From positions 1-29,070 of the IMG/VR virus record IMGVR_UViG_3300046710_000220: a stretch of 29,070 nucleotides of DNA. One strand, given 5' to 3'. The notes beneath the pieces were generated by a model, which worked only from the letters and a program-made list of their open reading frames with translations, was not told where the DNA came from and ran no database searches. This DNA comes from a virus. Its lineage: Duplodnaviria > Caudoviricetes. The position numbers and the translations under genes were made by a program. Shown piece after piece: positions 8,574 through 17,697 of the stretch (position 1 is the stretch's first letter; the number at the start of each line of letters is the position of its first letter).

Positions 8574-9608
8574 ATGTTAAAAATTGTTGTTTGTAAAAAC
8601 TGTCAAAAAGAAATCAAAGTTGATAATTGGAGAAAGGTACAATTTTGTTCAAAATCCTGCGCAACTTCACATAATAGAAGAAAGATTCACCCAGTTGAAC
8701 AAAGAACTTGCCTGAATTGTAAAACAACCTTTGAATTTCATATTAATAATAGTGATGGGAGTATTGGAAAGTTCTGTTCTCAAAAGTGTCATTTGGAACA
8801 TATGAAATCTAATAAATTATATCAGAAGTTAACTTGTCCTGTTTGTTCAAAAGAATATGAACAGACTGCTCGAACTTTACATAAAAAATATTGTTCATCT
8901 GCGTGTGCTAATCAAGACAGGGCAAGCTTAATAAAAGTTTCTCTATCAAAAATTGATATCCCTTTAGACTGGGTTTCCTCAAAAAGTTTAGAGATTCTTA
9001 AGGATGAAATAGAAAGTCTTTTATTGAGAAGAGAAGAACCAAGAATTCCCCAAGAAGGGACATTCTTTCAAGAAGATAAAGAACTATATTGTAATATTCT
9101 TACATATCCTTTTATAGAAAGTTCCCTATCTTTTAGGGATAGAATTTTTCTTATCCTATCAGGGTTATCTGAACGCCCTAACTGTGTAGTTTGTGGAGAA
9201 AAAGTAACCTATTCTCTATCAGGAGGAAAATGGGGAACTACCTGCTCTAATGTTTGTAAAAACAAGTTTGCTATGGAATACTTATCTCCTCGTTTTAATA
9301 AAGATGCTTGCACCTTCTTTTTATCTCTTGATAAGAAGATTAATTCAAATCCTGGAATAGATTCCAGATATGCAATGTATGGGAATGGGGAGTTGTCGAT
9401 TGACAATACTTTTTATTTAGACTATATTAACCACAAAAAAAAGATAATTATTGAATGGCAGGAAAGAAATCACAAATACACCCAAAAGCGAGATGGCTAT
9501 AAAAAGAAAAGAGTTATGGAACATTTTCCCGATTACAACTATATAGTATTATGGGAAAAGGATTCTTTAACTGTTGAAAACTTTATATCAAAGTTTATAG
9601 GAGCTTAA
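8574..9608 (+). CDS. Putative homing endonuclease with repeated CxxC...CSxxC Zn fingers and C-terminal Vsr/DUF559-like nuclease
   Basis: Four CxxC-x(n)-CSxxC units. FYLDYINHKKKIIIEWQERNH resembles the D..(I)IE....H nuclease core. Confidence 0.6.
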   Translation: MLKIVVCKNCQKEIKVDNWRKVQFCSKSCATSHNRRKIHPVEQRTCLNCKTTFEFHINNSDGSIGKFCSQKCHLEHMKSNKLYQKLTCPVCSKEYEQTARTLHKKYCSSACANQDRASLIKVSLSKIDIPLDWVSSKSLEILKDEIESLLLRREEPRIPQEGTFFQEDKELYCNILTYPFIESSLSFRDRIFLILSGLSERPNCVVCGEKVTYSLSGGKWGTTCSNVCKNKFAMEYLSPRFNKDACTFFLSLDKKINSNPGIDSRYAMYGNGELSIDNTFYLDYINHKKKIIIEWQERNHKYTQKRDGYKKKRVMEHFPDYNYIVLWEKDSLTVENFISKFIGA

Positions 9609-9609
9609 T

Positions 9610-9828
9610 ATGCAAAATAGAAAAATCTTTCACAACATTCAAGAACATGCCAGCTTTTTAAAAAAGCTTCACCCTGAATTAAGAAAGGGCCAATCCTTAA
9701 TGTTAGCTATCAATGAAATATCTCCAAAAAGTTATATTAAAATAACAGGATCACACTATGATTGTTTCTATGAGGATAGATTAGTGGACATATGTAAAGC
9801 CTTTTTAGATGGATTGCTTCAAAATTAG
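9610..9828 (+). CDS. Hypothetical protein
   Basis: 72 aa, SD AGGAG, directly follows the preceding gene. Confidence 0.65.
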   Translation: MQNRKIFHNIQEHASFLKKLHPELRKGQSLMLAINEISPKSYIKITGSHYDCFYEDRLVDICKAFLDGLLQN

Positions 9829-11927
9829 CAAATAGGGGTTGCTCCACTATTACCAATCTGAATAAAGGATATTGCAGACCATAAACCATCAGCACCTTGT
9901 AAGCTATATTCATACTTACCTGCTAAAGAGAACACAGTACAAGCAGGAAGGGCTATAGTGGTCCATGTGGTATCTGTAATCAACTTATAGGTTATTGCCC
10001 CTACAAAGTCAAAACAAAGGGTTACAGGCAGGTTATCATTATTTACAGTAATAGGTATTTGATTTATAGTAGTAAAGTGGTATACATTAGTTGTAGTGTT
10101 TGAAAGATCAGATAAATTAACCTCAAGAGAATTTCCATTTGATACTAAAACCGTTGTTGATTGATTATCTAAAGTTGCAGATGTTCTAAGTGGAGAACCA
10201 TTAGCACTTGTAGGCTTAGATATAACTGCTCTTGAAGGTGCACTATTTGCTTGATTACTATTAGTAGTAGTATTTGAATTATTGGTAATATTAGAATTAA
10301 TTACCTGATTGGAATTAATTGCTTTGAAAGTAAATGATAAATTTATATCCTTTAAATAAGGGGCAGTTGGGGAAAATATAGTTATTGATACTAAAAATGT
10401 AGCACTTGTAATTACATAATTTCTTTTAGGTAGGACAATATTTATTGAACTTTTATTAATAGTTGGTAGTTGTGAAATTGGGCTTGTCCTATCAGAAAAT
10501 GAGGCTATAACCTTAGATTTTTCATCCATAATAGAATATGTATAGCAATAAGTAGCTATAGAGGGATTAGGGATGTTCTGAGATATTACCTTTAAAGTAA
10601 AAGAATCCCCATAATTGTAAGTTTTTGGGAGTTTAAAGTTTGGAGTTATTATAAAATCAGAAGCTGATAGTTGATTAAATACTCCTGAAATAGATGCAGT
10701 AGTAGCAGCTATTTGCTCATCTAATAATCCTAATAATCCAAAAAAAGATTGTTTCCATGCATTAAGGTCAACCCCAGTCCCTGCCCCTAAGAATAAAAAA
10801 GCACTAAACTGATTTGTTGTATAATTTGTAGCTACAGCAGGAACCGATTGAGCAGAGCTATCTATAGCTGATAGAATTCCTGAAACCCCAGTAAAGCTTT
10901 CCACTCTAAAAGTAAGAATATCCACATTATTAATGGACATAACTAAAGATTCAGCGGCAGATAAAAATTGAGTAATTAGTTGTTTTATTACTTCAACCCT
11001 CTTTATTAAAGCTCCAGCTAATTCGGCTATAGCTGAATCTGTAGAGGCAACCATAGTTAAAAGATGAGCTACAGTCTCATCAATCATGGACATTATTTGC
11101 TGAAAGAAGGGAAAATTATAAAGATTCAACCCTACCCAGTGAAGTTTTGGAAGAGTCCCTGAATAATTTATTTTTTTAGAGTTTGGATTTAATGCCCCTG
11201 AAACCGGACTATAATTTGAAGTTTGTAATTTTCCAGTAACACTATCTTTATAAGGAAAGACCTCATACAGGGGTTGAAGTAGTGCATCTATATTAGGTCC
11301 AGACCATTTAGGGGGGGTTTTATATTGAAGATTTAGGTCAGCAGCTTGATCATGCATCATCTTTTCATATTTCTCACCAGTTTGCTTAAAGTCATCAAAA
11401 TTAAAAAGTAAAGTTATAGACTTCATAACAGCAGTAAAAGAGGGCAGTTCAGGACAGGTAATAATAATTCCGACTCCTAAAGCATGGTCCGTTTTCCCCC
11501 ATGTTGGTCTACCTATATCTAAGGTGTTAGAAAAAGAAATTCTAAATTCATCAATAGACTCTTTTATTGTCATAGCGGGTAAACTAAAAGAGGGGTAATC
11601 TTTTGGATTATCAGAAAGAAAATTATAGTTTCGGGGGTGCATTCTATTAAAGGGAGTAATGAGAATTGCTGACCCACCTGTGGACATTAAACCTTTTATT
11701 ATTGAGTCAAATAAAAGAATTCCCCCTTGAAGGAAAGTTCCAATTAGATCATTAGGGGAAGATAAAAAGATCGAAGCAATCTTTATAAACTGTTCTACAA
11801 CATTAAGAACATCACTTGCTGTTTGAACAACTGTTTGAACACTTTTAAATGTTTGTACTAATGTAGGAGAAGTAGTTTGCCCTAAGTTATTTAGGTTTGT
11901 CCATGTTATGGAGGGCTGTGTAGACAT
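9825..11927 (-). CDS. Probable virion structural (baseplate-associated) protein
   Basis: 700 aa, S/T/N-rich with a beta-rich C-terminal half. Last gene of the operon that contains the spike gene. SD GGAG. Function inferred from context only. Confidence 0.45.
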   Translation of the reverse strand: MSTQPSITWTNLNNLGQTTSPTLVQTFKSVQTVVQTASDVLNVVEQFIKIASIFLSSPNDLIGTFLQGGILLFDSIIKGLMSTGGSAILITPFNRMHPRNYNFLSDNPKDYPSFSLPAMTIKESIDEFRISFSNTLDIGRPTWGKTDHALGVGIIITCPELPSFTAVMKSITLLFNFDDFKQTGEKYEKMMHDQAADLNLQYKTPPKWSGPNIDALLQPLYEVFPYKDSVTGKLQTSNYSPVSGALNPNSKKINYSGTLPKLHWVGLNLYNFPFFQQIMSMIDETVAHLLTMVASTDSAIAELAGALIKRVEVIKQLITQFLSAAESLVMSINNVDILTFRVESFTGVSGILSAIDSSAQSVPAVATNYTTNQFSAFLFLGAGTGVDLNAWKQSFFGLLGLLDEQIAATTASISGVFNQLSASDFIITPNFKLPKTYNYGDSFTLKVISQNIPNPSIATYCYTYSIMDEKSKVIASFSDRTSPISQLPTINKSSINIVLPKRNYVITSATFLVSITIFSPTAPYLKDINLSFTFKAINSNQVINSNITNNSNTTTNSNQANSAPSRAVISKPTSANGSPLRTSATLDNQSTTVLVSNGNSLEVNLSDLSNTTTNVYHFTTINQIPITVNNDNLPVTLCFDFVGAITYKLITDTTWTTIALPACTVFSLAGKYEYSLQGADGLWSAISFIQIGNSGATPIC

Positions 11928-12042
11928 TAATTAAATTCTCCGTATCTTCTTTTATCTTTAATAATTCTTTTTCCGCGAGTTTAAGAACTTCATTCATCTG
12001 TTCTTCTACGTGCTTAATAATAAACTCATTCGCTTTAATCAT
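11887..12042 (-). CDS. Small hypothetical protein (51 aa, MIKANEF...), not in ORF track
   Basis: ATGA overlap with the upstream gene stop. Helical/coiled composition. Fills the gap between genes. Confidence 0.55.
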   Translation of the reverse strand: MIKANEFIIKHVEEQMNEVLKLAEKELLKIKEDTENLINVYTALHNMDKPK

Positions 12043-12287
12043 AAAATTCCTGAAACTGTAGTAGGAACAACAGTGGCCACACCAGATTGAGCAGAGGGGC
12101 TACCTGCTGTAACAACAGCAGCAGCTTGACCAGGGACTATAATTGTGGTATTAGCTTGAAAGTAACTTACTAAAGCTGTAGATATTTTTATCCATGATGC
12201 CATAGCTACTCCACGTTGAGCAGGGGTAGAACTGGCAGGAACAATAGCATCAACAATTTGAGCAGCTAAGGCTTGTGCTACTAACAT
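12039..12287 (-). CDS. Small spike-associated structural protein
   Basis: 82 aa, A/V/G-rich, immediately downstream of the spike gene. Confidence 0.55.
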   Translation of the reverse strand: MLVAQALAAQIVDAIVPASSTPAQRGVAMASWIKISTALVSYFQANTTIIVPGQAAAVVTAGSPSAQSGVATVVPTTVSGIL

Positions 12288-13289
12288 TTAAGCTCCAACG
12301 GCAACATTGCCAAGATGGGGGATTCCTGAAAAAGGACATACGGGTATAGCACAGAAGGGACCAGCTCCCGTAGGTGCAACAAGTCCACTGGGGAATGTGG
12401 TTGTTGGGGAAACTAAGGTAGTAGATAAGGCAGTTAGGCTTAAAGAACCAAGAGTTGTTAAGTTCATACCTGCCGTAGCCGTCATAGTTATCTGGCCTAA
12501 TGCTACGGTTATTTGGAAATCTCCCGTTAGAATTGTTTCTTGATCCCCACCTGAAACTATTTTTGTATCTTTTCCTAAACCATAAGATTCTTTCTTTACT
12601 TTAGCTACGAATTCTTCTGAATCTCCAGCAGTATGGTCCATTCGACTTGCAGAGGTGACACTTTGAATATTACCAGAAGCAGAAGTAACATTTGATCCTG
12701 AAGTTTCAACCCGCTTACTGGCTAAATCTTCAAAGGATTGTGCTGCTTTTAGATTAACATCGGCACCATATTCTTCTGTTTTAGATGTTCCTATAATATT
12801 AATATCACCTTTAGCAGTAATAGTAATAATAGTAGATGGATTTTGTAACCAAATATCCCCATCTTGAGAGACTAACTGAACTAATCTATTTTGATAAATA
12901 GTTCCAAATTGTCCTGTATTCTTATTAGTATAGGAAAAAGACTTTCCACCTACACGTTCAATAATCATTTCATTAATAGCAGTAGTGGGGAAACTTGCAG
13001 AGTTCTCCGCATTATTAACCAATTGAATAAAACTTGTAAGACTTTCTCCGGCTGCTGGTTGAGAAAGTCCTAAAATAAATCCCATAGTAAAGTCTTCATT
13101 CGTTAAAACCCAAACATTATCATCAGTAGAGTAGGCTATATTAGTCTTTGCAAAGAAATTGGGAAATCGTGGCAAGAGGTCTGTTTCCAGAATATCTTTC
13201 ATGTCTGGAAGAATTCTAACCATAAAAACATTAAGGTTGTCAGATTCTCTTTCTAAAACAATTTCAGCTTGCTTTAATTCATATTTCAT
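12288..13289 (-). CDS. Baseplate central spike (gp5/gpV-like)
   Basis: N-terminal OB-fold-like segment (VRILP..VWVL), S/T/G-rich beta-repeat region, C-terminal GPFCAIPVCPFSGIPH putative metal-binding apex. Confidence 0.6.
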   Translation of the reverse strand: MKYELKQAEIVLERESDNLNVFMVRILPDMKDILETDLLPRFPNFFAKTNIAYSTDDNVWVLTNEDFTMGFILGLSQPAAGESLTSFIQLVNNAENSASFPTTAINEMIIERVGGKSFSYTNKNTGQFGTIYQNRLVQLVSQDGDIWLQNPSTIITITAKGDINIIGTSKTEEYGADVNLKAAQSFEDLASKRVETSGSNVTSASGNIQSVTSASRMDHTAGDSEEFVAKVKKESYGLGKDTKIVSGGDQETILTGDFQITVALGQITMTATAGMNLTTLGSLSLTALSTTLVSPTTTFPSGLVAPTGAGPFCAIPVCPFSGIPHLGNVAVGA

Positions 13290-13408
13290 TCTTTAACTTC
13301 TATTTCTTTAAGAACTTCTATTTCTATTTGAGTTCCTTCTTCGATGAGGTGGCCATTAGTAAATATATCGTTAGTTAATTTTTCAGTTAATATAGTCGGT
13401 TCTGTCAT
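13286..13408 (-). CDS. Small hypothetical protein (40 aa, MTEPTILTEK...), not in ORF track
   Basis: SD AAAGGA. ATGA overlap with the spike gene start. First ORF after the ACTAATTA motif. Confidence 0.55.
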   Translation of the reverse strand: MTEPTILTEKLTNDIFTNGHLIEEGTQIEIEVLKEIEVKE

Positions 13409-13424
13409 GCTCTGATTCCTTTAT

Positions 13425-13432
13425 TAATTAGT
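13425..13432 (-). promoter_or_regulatory. Candidate late promoter ACTAATTA for the spike operon
   Basis: Recurring motif at the head of a structural operon. Confidence 0.5.
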
Positions 13433-13453
13433 AGGAAAAGGAATAAGTCACAT

Positions 13454-13482
13454 AAAAAAAAGGGAACCAAATAGATTCCCTT
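13454..13482 (-). terminator. Rho-independent terminator
   Basis: AAGGGAATC-TATTT-GGTTCCCTT plus T run on the minus strand. Confidence 0.75.
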
Positions 13483-13499
13483 CATAGATTAAAGTTCTT

Positions 13500-13697
13500 T
13501 TACTTTACTGTAATTACAGCATCAATTGGTCCTTTTACTGAGATATTCTTTAGGACAGACTCATCGGGCCAAAAAAGAATACCATTTACAATAGGAAAAG
13601 GACGGTAAAATAGGCAAACCGCATCCCCTACTTGGGGAATAACATCAACCACCTTTTCTTCAAACTCACATGATTCTGTTACTATCAATATACGCAT
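13500..13697 (-). CDS. Hypothetical protein
   Basis: 65 aa with a purine-rich SD-like leader. Confidence 0.6.
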   Translation of the reverse strand: MRILIVTESCEFEEKVVDVIPQVGDAVCLFYRPFPIVNGILFWPDESVLKNISVKGPIDAVITVK

Positions 13698-13709
13698 ACT
13701 CTTCTTCCT

Positions 13710-14423
13710 TTACTGGCTGATAGCCAGTGTTGAACTTCGGGTTTCTCCACGAAGTTGTTGGTTCAGACGAATCTGATCACCATCAACCCGGCCATGGGCA
13801 TAAGCGTTTCCTTCAGAAATATTCTGGTTAATTTTTCTATGTTTAAGAGCAATATTTTTAAAGAAATTATCAATATCAGCTTTGGAAGAAACAACCAACT
13901 CCCGTGAATCAGAATCCTCTGCCTCATCACGTTCGATCATGGCCTGAAGGCGGGAAGAGAGGTTATCTGCTACCCCCGCCTTATAAGAAGCAACAAAACT
14001 TCTTCCGTTTCCTTTTACTTTATCAGCCAAACGATCAATGGCTTCAAAGAGATATTCAGCCATGGCAACTGCTGCTACAATATTGTGTTTTTTTCCAACA
14101 ATCTTAGTAACATACTCTCTGGCTTGGCGATAATAGCCTTTGGAGCTACCCCCTACAGTTCGATAGGTTCCACAAAAATTGACCTCAACAATACAATGAA
14201 GAAGAATCTTTTTCCATGGAGCAATTCGATTGTCTTTGGAAAATTCTTCCTCAATAACATTGGACTCGTCAGTTTTCAGGTCAGCAGTGTCCAAATTATA
14301 CTTCACCAAAAGTTGGTGAGCTTTGGCAATAGCCAGAGAAGCTTCAGCTTCATTGGGTGATTGTCCCAAGGCAAAGAGCTTCTTAATGGTATCCAGTATT
14401 TTACTAAGTTCTTCAGTTGACAT
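13710..14423 (-). CDS. DUF2786 domain-containing protein
   Basis: KILDTIKKLFALGQSPNEAEASLAIAKAHQLLVKYNL is a typical DUF2786 N-terminus. SD AAGGAG supports the start at 14423 (MSTEEL). Confidence 0.8.
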   Translation of the reverse strand: MSTEELSKILDTIKKLFALGQSPNEAEASLAIAKAHQLLVKYNLDTADLKTDESNVIEEEFSKDNRIAPWKKILLHCIVEVNFCGTYRTVGGSSKGYYRQAREYVTKIVGKKHNIVAAVAMAEYLFEAIDRLADKVKGNGRSFVASYKAGVADNLSSRLQAMIERDEAEDSDSRELVVSSKADIDNFFKNIALKHRKINQNISEGNAYAHGRVDGDQIRLNQQLRGETRSSTLAISQ

Positions 14424-14452
14424 GTTAGTCTCCTTAATCTTTCGATATAGAT

Positions 14453-14481
14453 AGTGTACCATAAGGAGCTTATTTAATCAA
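14453..14481 (-). promoter_or_regulatory. sigma70 promoter TTGATT-17-(TGG)TACACT
   Basis: -35 at 14476-14481, extended -10 at 14453-14461. Confidence 0.55.
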
Positions 14482-14720
14482 GTGTTATCTGCTAATAAAG
14501 TGAATCTTTTATAGAATTCTTTATATTCCATAATAAAGAGGTGGTCCCTATCTGTATAGAGATAATACTTTTCTCCAGTAATGGGGTTTATTGGATCATC
14601 TTCCGTAGCAAAATAGATTAACCCAGTTTCATCTTCTCGAAATGTTAATTCAAAGTAAACTTTTTTCATTAATTTAAATCCCCCTATAGCATCATTTGTA
14701 TCACAACTAAAACAACCCAT
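14478..14720 (-). CDS. Hypothetical protein
   Basis: ORF in a tightly packed minus-strand run. The start may be 14669. Confidence 0.6.
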   Translation of the reverse strand: MGCFSCDTNDAIGGFKLMKKVYFELTFREDETGLIYFATEDDPINPITGEKYYLYTDRDHLFIMEYKEFYKRFTLLADNT

Positions 14721-14721
14721 A

Positions 14722-14958
14722 TTATTTTCTCTTATCCTTCGGTGGAACCCACCCTAATTTAATTAGACATTCAACAACTCTTGGATCATTCAGATCAATA
14801 GTGGAGGTTGCACTTCTTAATAGCCTATCTGTCCACTGCTCTTGTATCTGAATATAGTTAGAAGTAAATCTAACATTAGTTATTGGGTTCATAGTATTAC
14901 CAACAAGTGTAGTCTGTAATAGACTGTTTGGATTTACAATGTGGGCAGATAACATCAT
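14722..14958 (-). CDS. Hypothetical protein
   Basis: Packed ORF with C-terminal LIKLGWVPP. Confidence 0.55.
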   Translation of the reverse strand: MMLSAHIVNPNSLLQTTLVGNTMNPITNVRFTSNYIQIQEQWTDRLLRSATSTIDLNDPRVVECLIKLGWVPPKDKRK

Positions 14959-15151
14959 ATGCTGGTCCTATTCCATTATTAAGGTGACAGGAAATTATTA
15001 AAGTAGGTAAATCTATAGGTATTCTAAGAAACCTTGGAGTCAACTTTAACCTAAATTCTGCCTTATCATAAGCCTTTTGGTAGCACTTCTGATGTATATA
15101 ATAAAAATTATTAAAACGATCCAGTTCTACATCATTTAATAAGTGTTTCAT
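14897..15151 (-). CDS. Small Cys-containing phage protein (GIG...CxxC...ITDYxxW)
   Basis: Recognisable phage small-protein ending. ATGA overlap with the upstream gene. Confidence 0.65.
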   Translation of the reverse strand: MKHLLNDVELDRFNNFYYIHQKCYQKAYDKAEFRLKLTPRFLRIPIDLPTLIISCHLNNGIGPAYDVICPHCKSKQSITDYTCW

Positions 15152-15375
15152 ATATTACCTACAATAGGAGTAACCTTAACTATCTTTGCCTGAGCTGCTG
15201 CTGCCCTATTCCAACACTGAAGACATACGGGCATATCAAAAGTTGCATAAGTACTATCTTCTTGAATAGTCAGAACAACAATAGGTTTGGCCCCACAAAT
15301 ACTGGATTTTTCCATTCCCAAAATAGGAGTGGAGTTTGCACTTTCTCCAAGGCAAATTTGTTTAGATACTTCCAC
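15148..15375 (-). CDS. Hypothetical Cys-containing protein
   Basis: SD GGAGG, GTG start. Confidence 0.6.
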   Translation of the reverse strand: MEVSKQICLGESANSTPILGMEKSSICGAKPIVVLTIQEDSTYATFDMPVCLQCWNRAAAAQAKIVKVTPIVGNI

Positions 15376-15688
15376 GTTTCTTTCCTCCGGTTAAACTTCT
15401 AATATATTTAGGATTTAGTATTGTCCATTTTTCATAATTTTCTTTAGCTTTATATATGGGAGTATACAGCCCCTCATCCCAATCTTTATCCTTTAGAAAA
15501 AGGATACACTTAAACCCTTCATAAATAGCAATAACTTTCTTTTCAGTAATTGAGATTGCTAATATTTGACATTTAGTATCATCATAAACCAAGTAGCCAC
15601 TATTAAGATATTTATTTATCTTATGGGCTATTTTGAGAGCATAATTCCATCGTGCTTCATATATCGAATGTGACATTTTTATCCTCAA
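15362..15688 (-). CDS. Hypothetical protein
   Basis: Packed ORF. Confidence 0.6.
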   Translation of the reverse strand: MRIKMSHSIYEARWNYALKIAHKINKYLNSGYLVYDDTKCQILAISITEKKVIAIYEGFKCILFLKDKDWDEGLYTPIYKAKENYEKWTILNPKYIRSLTGGKKRGSI

Positions 15689-15899
15689 ATCTTTCTTTCA
15701 GTTTGTTATAAAGTTCCAGAAGATACTTTTCCGATACACCAAAACCAAGGCTCATTTTCTTTTCATAGATATTAATCCAAAATTCATTACTATTACCTAT
15801 ATCTTGAGTAATAAATAAATCTTTCGCATCTTCTGTTACTTTTATGAAAAGAGGAATAACAGGTATGTATTCTTGTGGTATGCTCTTATGGGTTTTCAT
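15657..15899 (-). CDS. Hypothetical protein
   Basis: SD GGAG before ATG 15899, downstream of the promoter at 15921-15949. Confidence 0.6.
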   Translation of the reverse strand: MKTHKSIPQEYIPVIPLFIKVTEDAKDLFITQDIGNSNEFWINIYEKKMSLGFGVSEKYLLELYNKLKERFEDKNVTFDI

Positions 15900-15920
15900 G
15901 TATAACTCTCCATACAATAG

Positions 15921-15949
15921 AATTTACCAGATTTATTATAAAAAGTCAA
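15921..15949 (-). promoter_or_regulatory. sigma70 promoter TTGACT-17-(TGG)TAAATT
   Basis: -35 at 15944-15949, -10 at 15921-15926 with TGn extension. Confidence 0.7.
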
Positions 15950-15962
15950 TGGAATTTAAAAT

Positions 15963-15993
15963 AAAAAAGCCATTCAATTAAGAATGGCCTTTT
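15963..15993 (-). terminator. Rho-independent terminator after the SSB gene
   Basis: GGCCATTC-TTAATT-GAATGGCT plus T run. Confidence 0.8.
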
Positions 15994-15995
15994 GT

Positions 15996-17345
15996 TTAGA
16001 ACTTGAAGTTTACTCCACATCCGGGACATGTATCAAAGGTGTCAGGACTTTTTGTTGCACATTCAGGGCATTTAGGCATTTTAATACCTGCTGCCTGTTC
16101 TGTGTAAACAACATTCCACTTATCTTCAACATCAACATCCCTGCTGGCACTGATAATTTGAGCAGATTCCTTATCCGATAAACGGAACCATCCGGGCATC
16201 TGTGTTTTTTCATCATCAATATCTGGATCATTTACTGATCGAGTTTCTTCTTTCTTGACTGATCGAGTTTCTGCTTCTTCTTCAGGAGGTGGCAGGTCAT
16301 CCGTATCTGGATGATCTTCTGCCGTGATAGACTCAACAGCTTCTTTTCGATTCTTAGCTTCTTCATCTGCAAGGCTCTTCAGTTCTTCTGAGAAATGAGT
16401 CTTCAAAGCATAATCAATATCACCAATAATGCTTTTAAGGTTATTCCAAAGTTTAGTATAAGAGGATACCCCATAAATCTTAGCAAGGTCAAACTTTTCA
16501 TAGGTGGACTCTTCTTCAGTAAGTGGCCCATTAACAATGAAATCTCGTATGTCAGCACTGGCCATCTCTGGAACCCTACTGGCATTGATTACTTCATACG
16601 CAGGGTTTTGTTTACCAGTACGTTTAATACCAATGTCAAACTTTTCCCAAAAGCCATATGTTTTAATGATAGTGTTAATAAGAGAAGTAAAACCAAACAT
16701 TGAAATTTCAGTGATGTTGGTATATTCTTTTCCATCTTTACCTGTAGTAACTCTAACTTCTTTTACTAAAACAGAAGTCTTTTTGTTATCTTTGTTCCAT
16801 GCTGTTGACCGATCAATAACGTTAGCAACAAAAACTTCTTTACCTTTCCAGCCCTTACCTAAAAGGTCATACTTAAAGGCATTAGAACTTTCATCTAAAT
16901 TATTCTTGGTAACAGTATTAAAGATTTCAGGAAAGGTTTCCTTAATCCGATAAACCTTTTCTTTAGTGGTCTTTCCCTCTATAGAAACCCAATCTACTGC
17001 TTCAACCTTTTGAATGATCCTCCACATGATATGTTGATCATTTCTGCTCCGCAAGGGGAGAATAAACCGTTTACGTTTACCCTTGTCATTAAGAATCGTT
17101 GAAATATTAATAACCCTTGCATCATACTGATCACCGGGGCGGGACATTTCACTTAATCCAAAGTCTGGATGTTTTCCCACAAAACGGAAAACTCTTGTCT
17201 TCAACTTCTCAAGTCCAGAATATTGAACCTTTTCAAATTCAAAGTTTCCCTTTCCTTTGTTAGATTGACGAGCAAGCTCTTCTGCTTCTGCTGCTTCTGC
17301 TTGAGCCTTAAACTCAGCATCTAAATCATCTTCGTACTCAGCCAT
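15996..17345 (-). CDS. Single-stranded DNA-binding protein, T4 gp32-like, with C-terminal Zn ribbon
   Basis: RVFRFV, FVANVIDR and FDIGIKRTG..PAYEV resemble the gp32 core. Acidic linker, then CPEC..CPGC at the C-terminus. Own promoter, SD AAGGAG and terminator. Confidence 0.6.
   Translation of the reverse strand: MAEYEDDLDAEFKAQAEAAEAEELARQSNKGKGNFEFEKVQYSGLEKLKTRVFRFVGKHPDFGLSEMSRPGDQYDARVINISTILNDKGKRKRFILPLRSRNDQHIMWRIIQKVEAVDWVSIEGKTTKEKVYRIKETFPEIFNTVTKNNLDESSNAFKYDLLGKGWKGKEVFVANVIDRSTAWNKDNKKTSVLVKEVRVTTGKDGKEYTNITEISMFGFTSLINTIIKTYGFWEKFDIGIKRTGKQNPAYEVINASRVPEMASADIRDFIVNGPLTEEESTYEKFDLAKIYGVSSYTKLWNNLKSIIGDIDYALKTHFSEELKSLADEEAKNRKEAVESITAEDHPDTDDLPPPEEEAETRSVKKEETRSVNDPDIDDEKTQMPGWFRLSDKESAQIISASRDVDVEDKWNVVYTEQAAGIKMPKCPECATKSPDTFDTCPGCGVNFKF
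16234..16272. repeat. 15-bp direct repeat ACTGATCGAGTTTCT (24-nt period; ETRSV x2)
   Basis: Copies at 16234-16248 and 16258-16272. Confidence 0.8.
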
Positions 17346-17412
17346 CGTGAATACACTCCTTATATGGGTATTTTACCCTTTTTTATTTTGGCACTATTGG
17401 CCTTTATTAATA

Positions 17413-17441
17413 AGTATAAGCAGGGGCTTAAATTAAGTCAA
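17413..17441 (-). promoter_or_regulatory. sigma70 promoter TTGACT-17-TATACT for the SSB gene
   Basis: -35 at 17436-17441, -10 at 17413-17418. Confidence 0.75.
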
Positions 17442-17697
17442 TGATGGTCACTGACCTGATAGACTCCCCTTCTTTAGTGTTCAGATAAAATCGAGTTAAC
17501 TCTTTACCTGTATAGTCTTTAAATATCATAGGATTGCTATTTAGAATTTCTTCTATATTTTCTTTGATCCAATTAATATTTCTATCAGCATCGTCTACAT
17601 AATCTGTAAACTCTTCATAAAATACTAAAGGATTGTTTTTACCTACTTTATTATATTGAATTTCTATCTGCCAATCTTTTGTCTTCTTTCTAAACAT
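17428..17697 (-). CDS. Hypothetical protein
   Basis: 89 aa, overlaps the thyX stop. Confidence 0.6.
   Translation of the reverse strand: MFRKKTKDWQIEIQYNKVGKNNPLVFYEEFTDYVDDADRNINWIKENIEEILNSNPMIFKDYTGKELTRFYLNTKEGESIRSVTIIDLI

Noticed and set aside
13295-13325. Short direct repeat AACTTCTATTTCT
   Set aside because: Encodes EIEV twice in a small ORF, most likely a local duplication.
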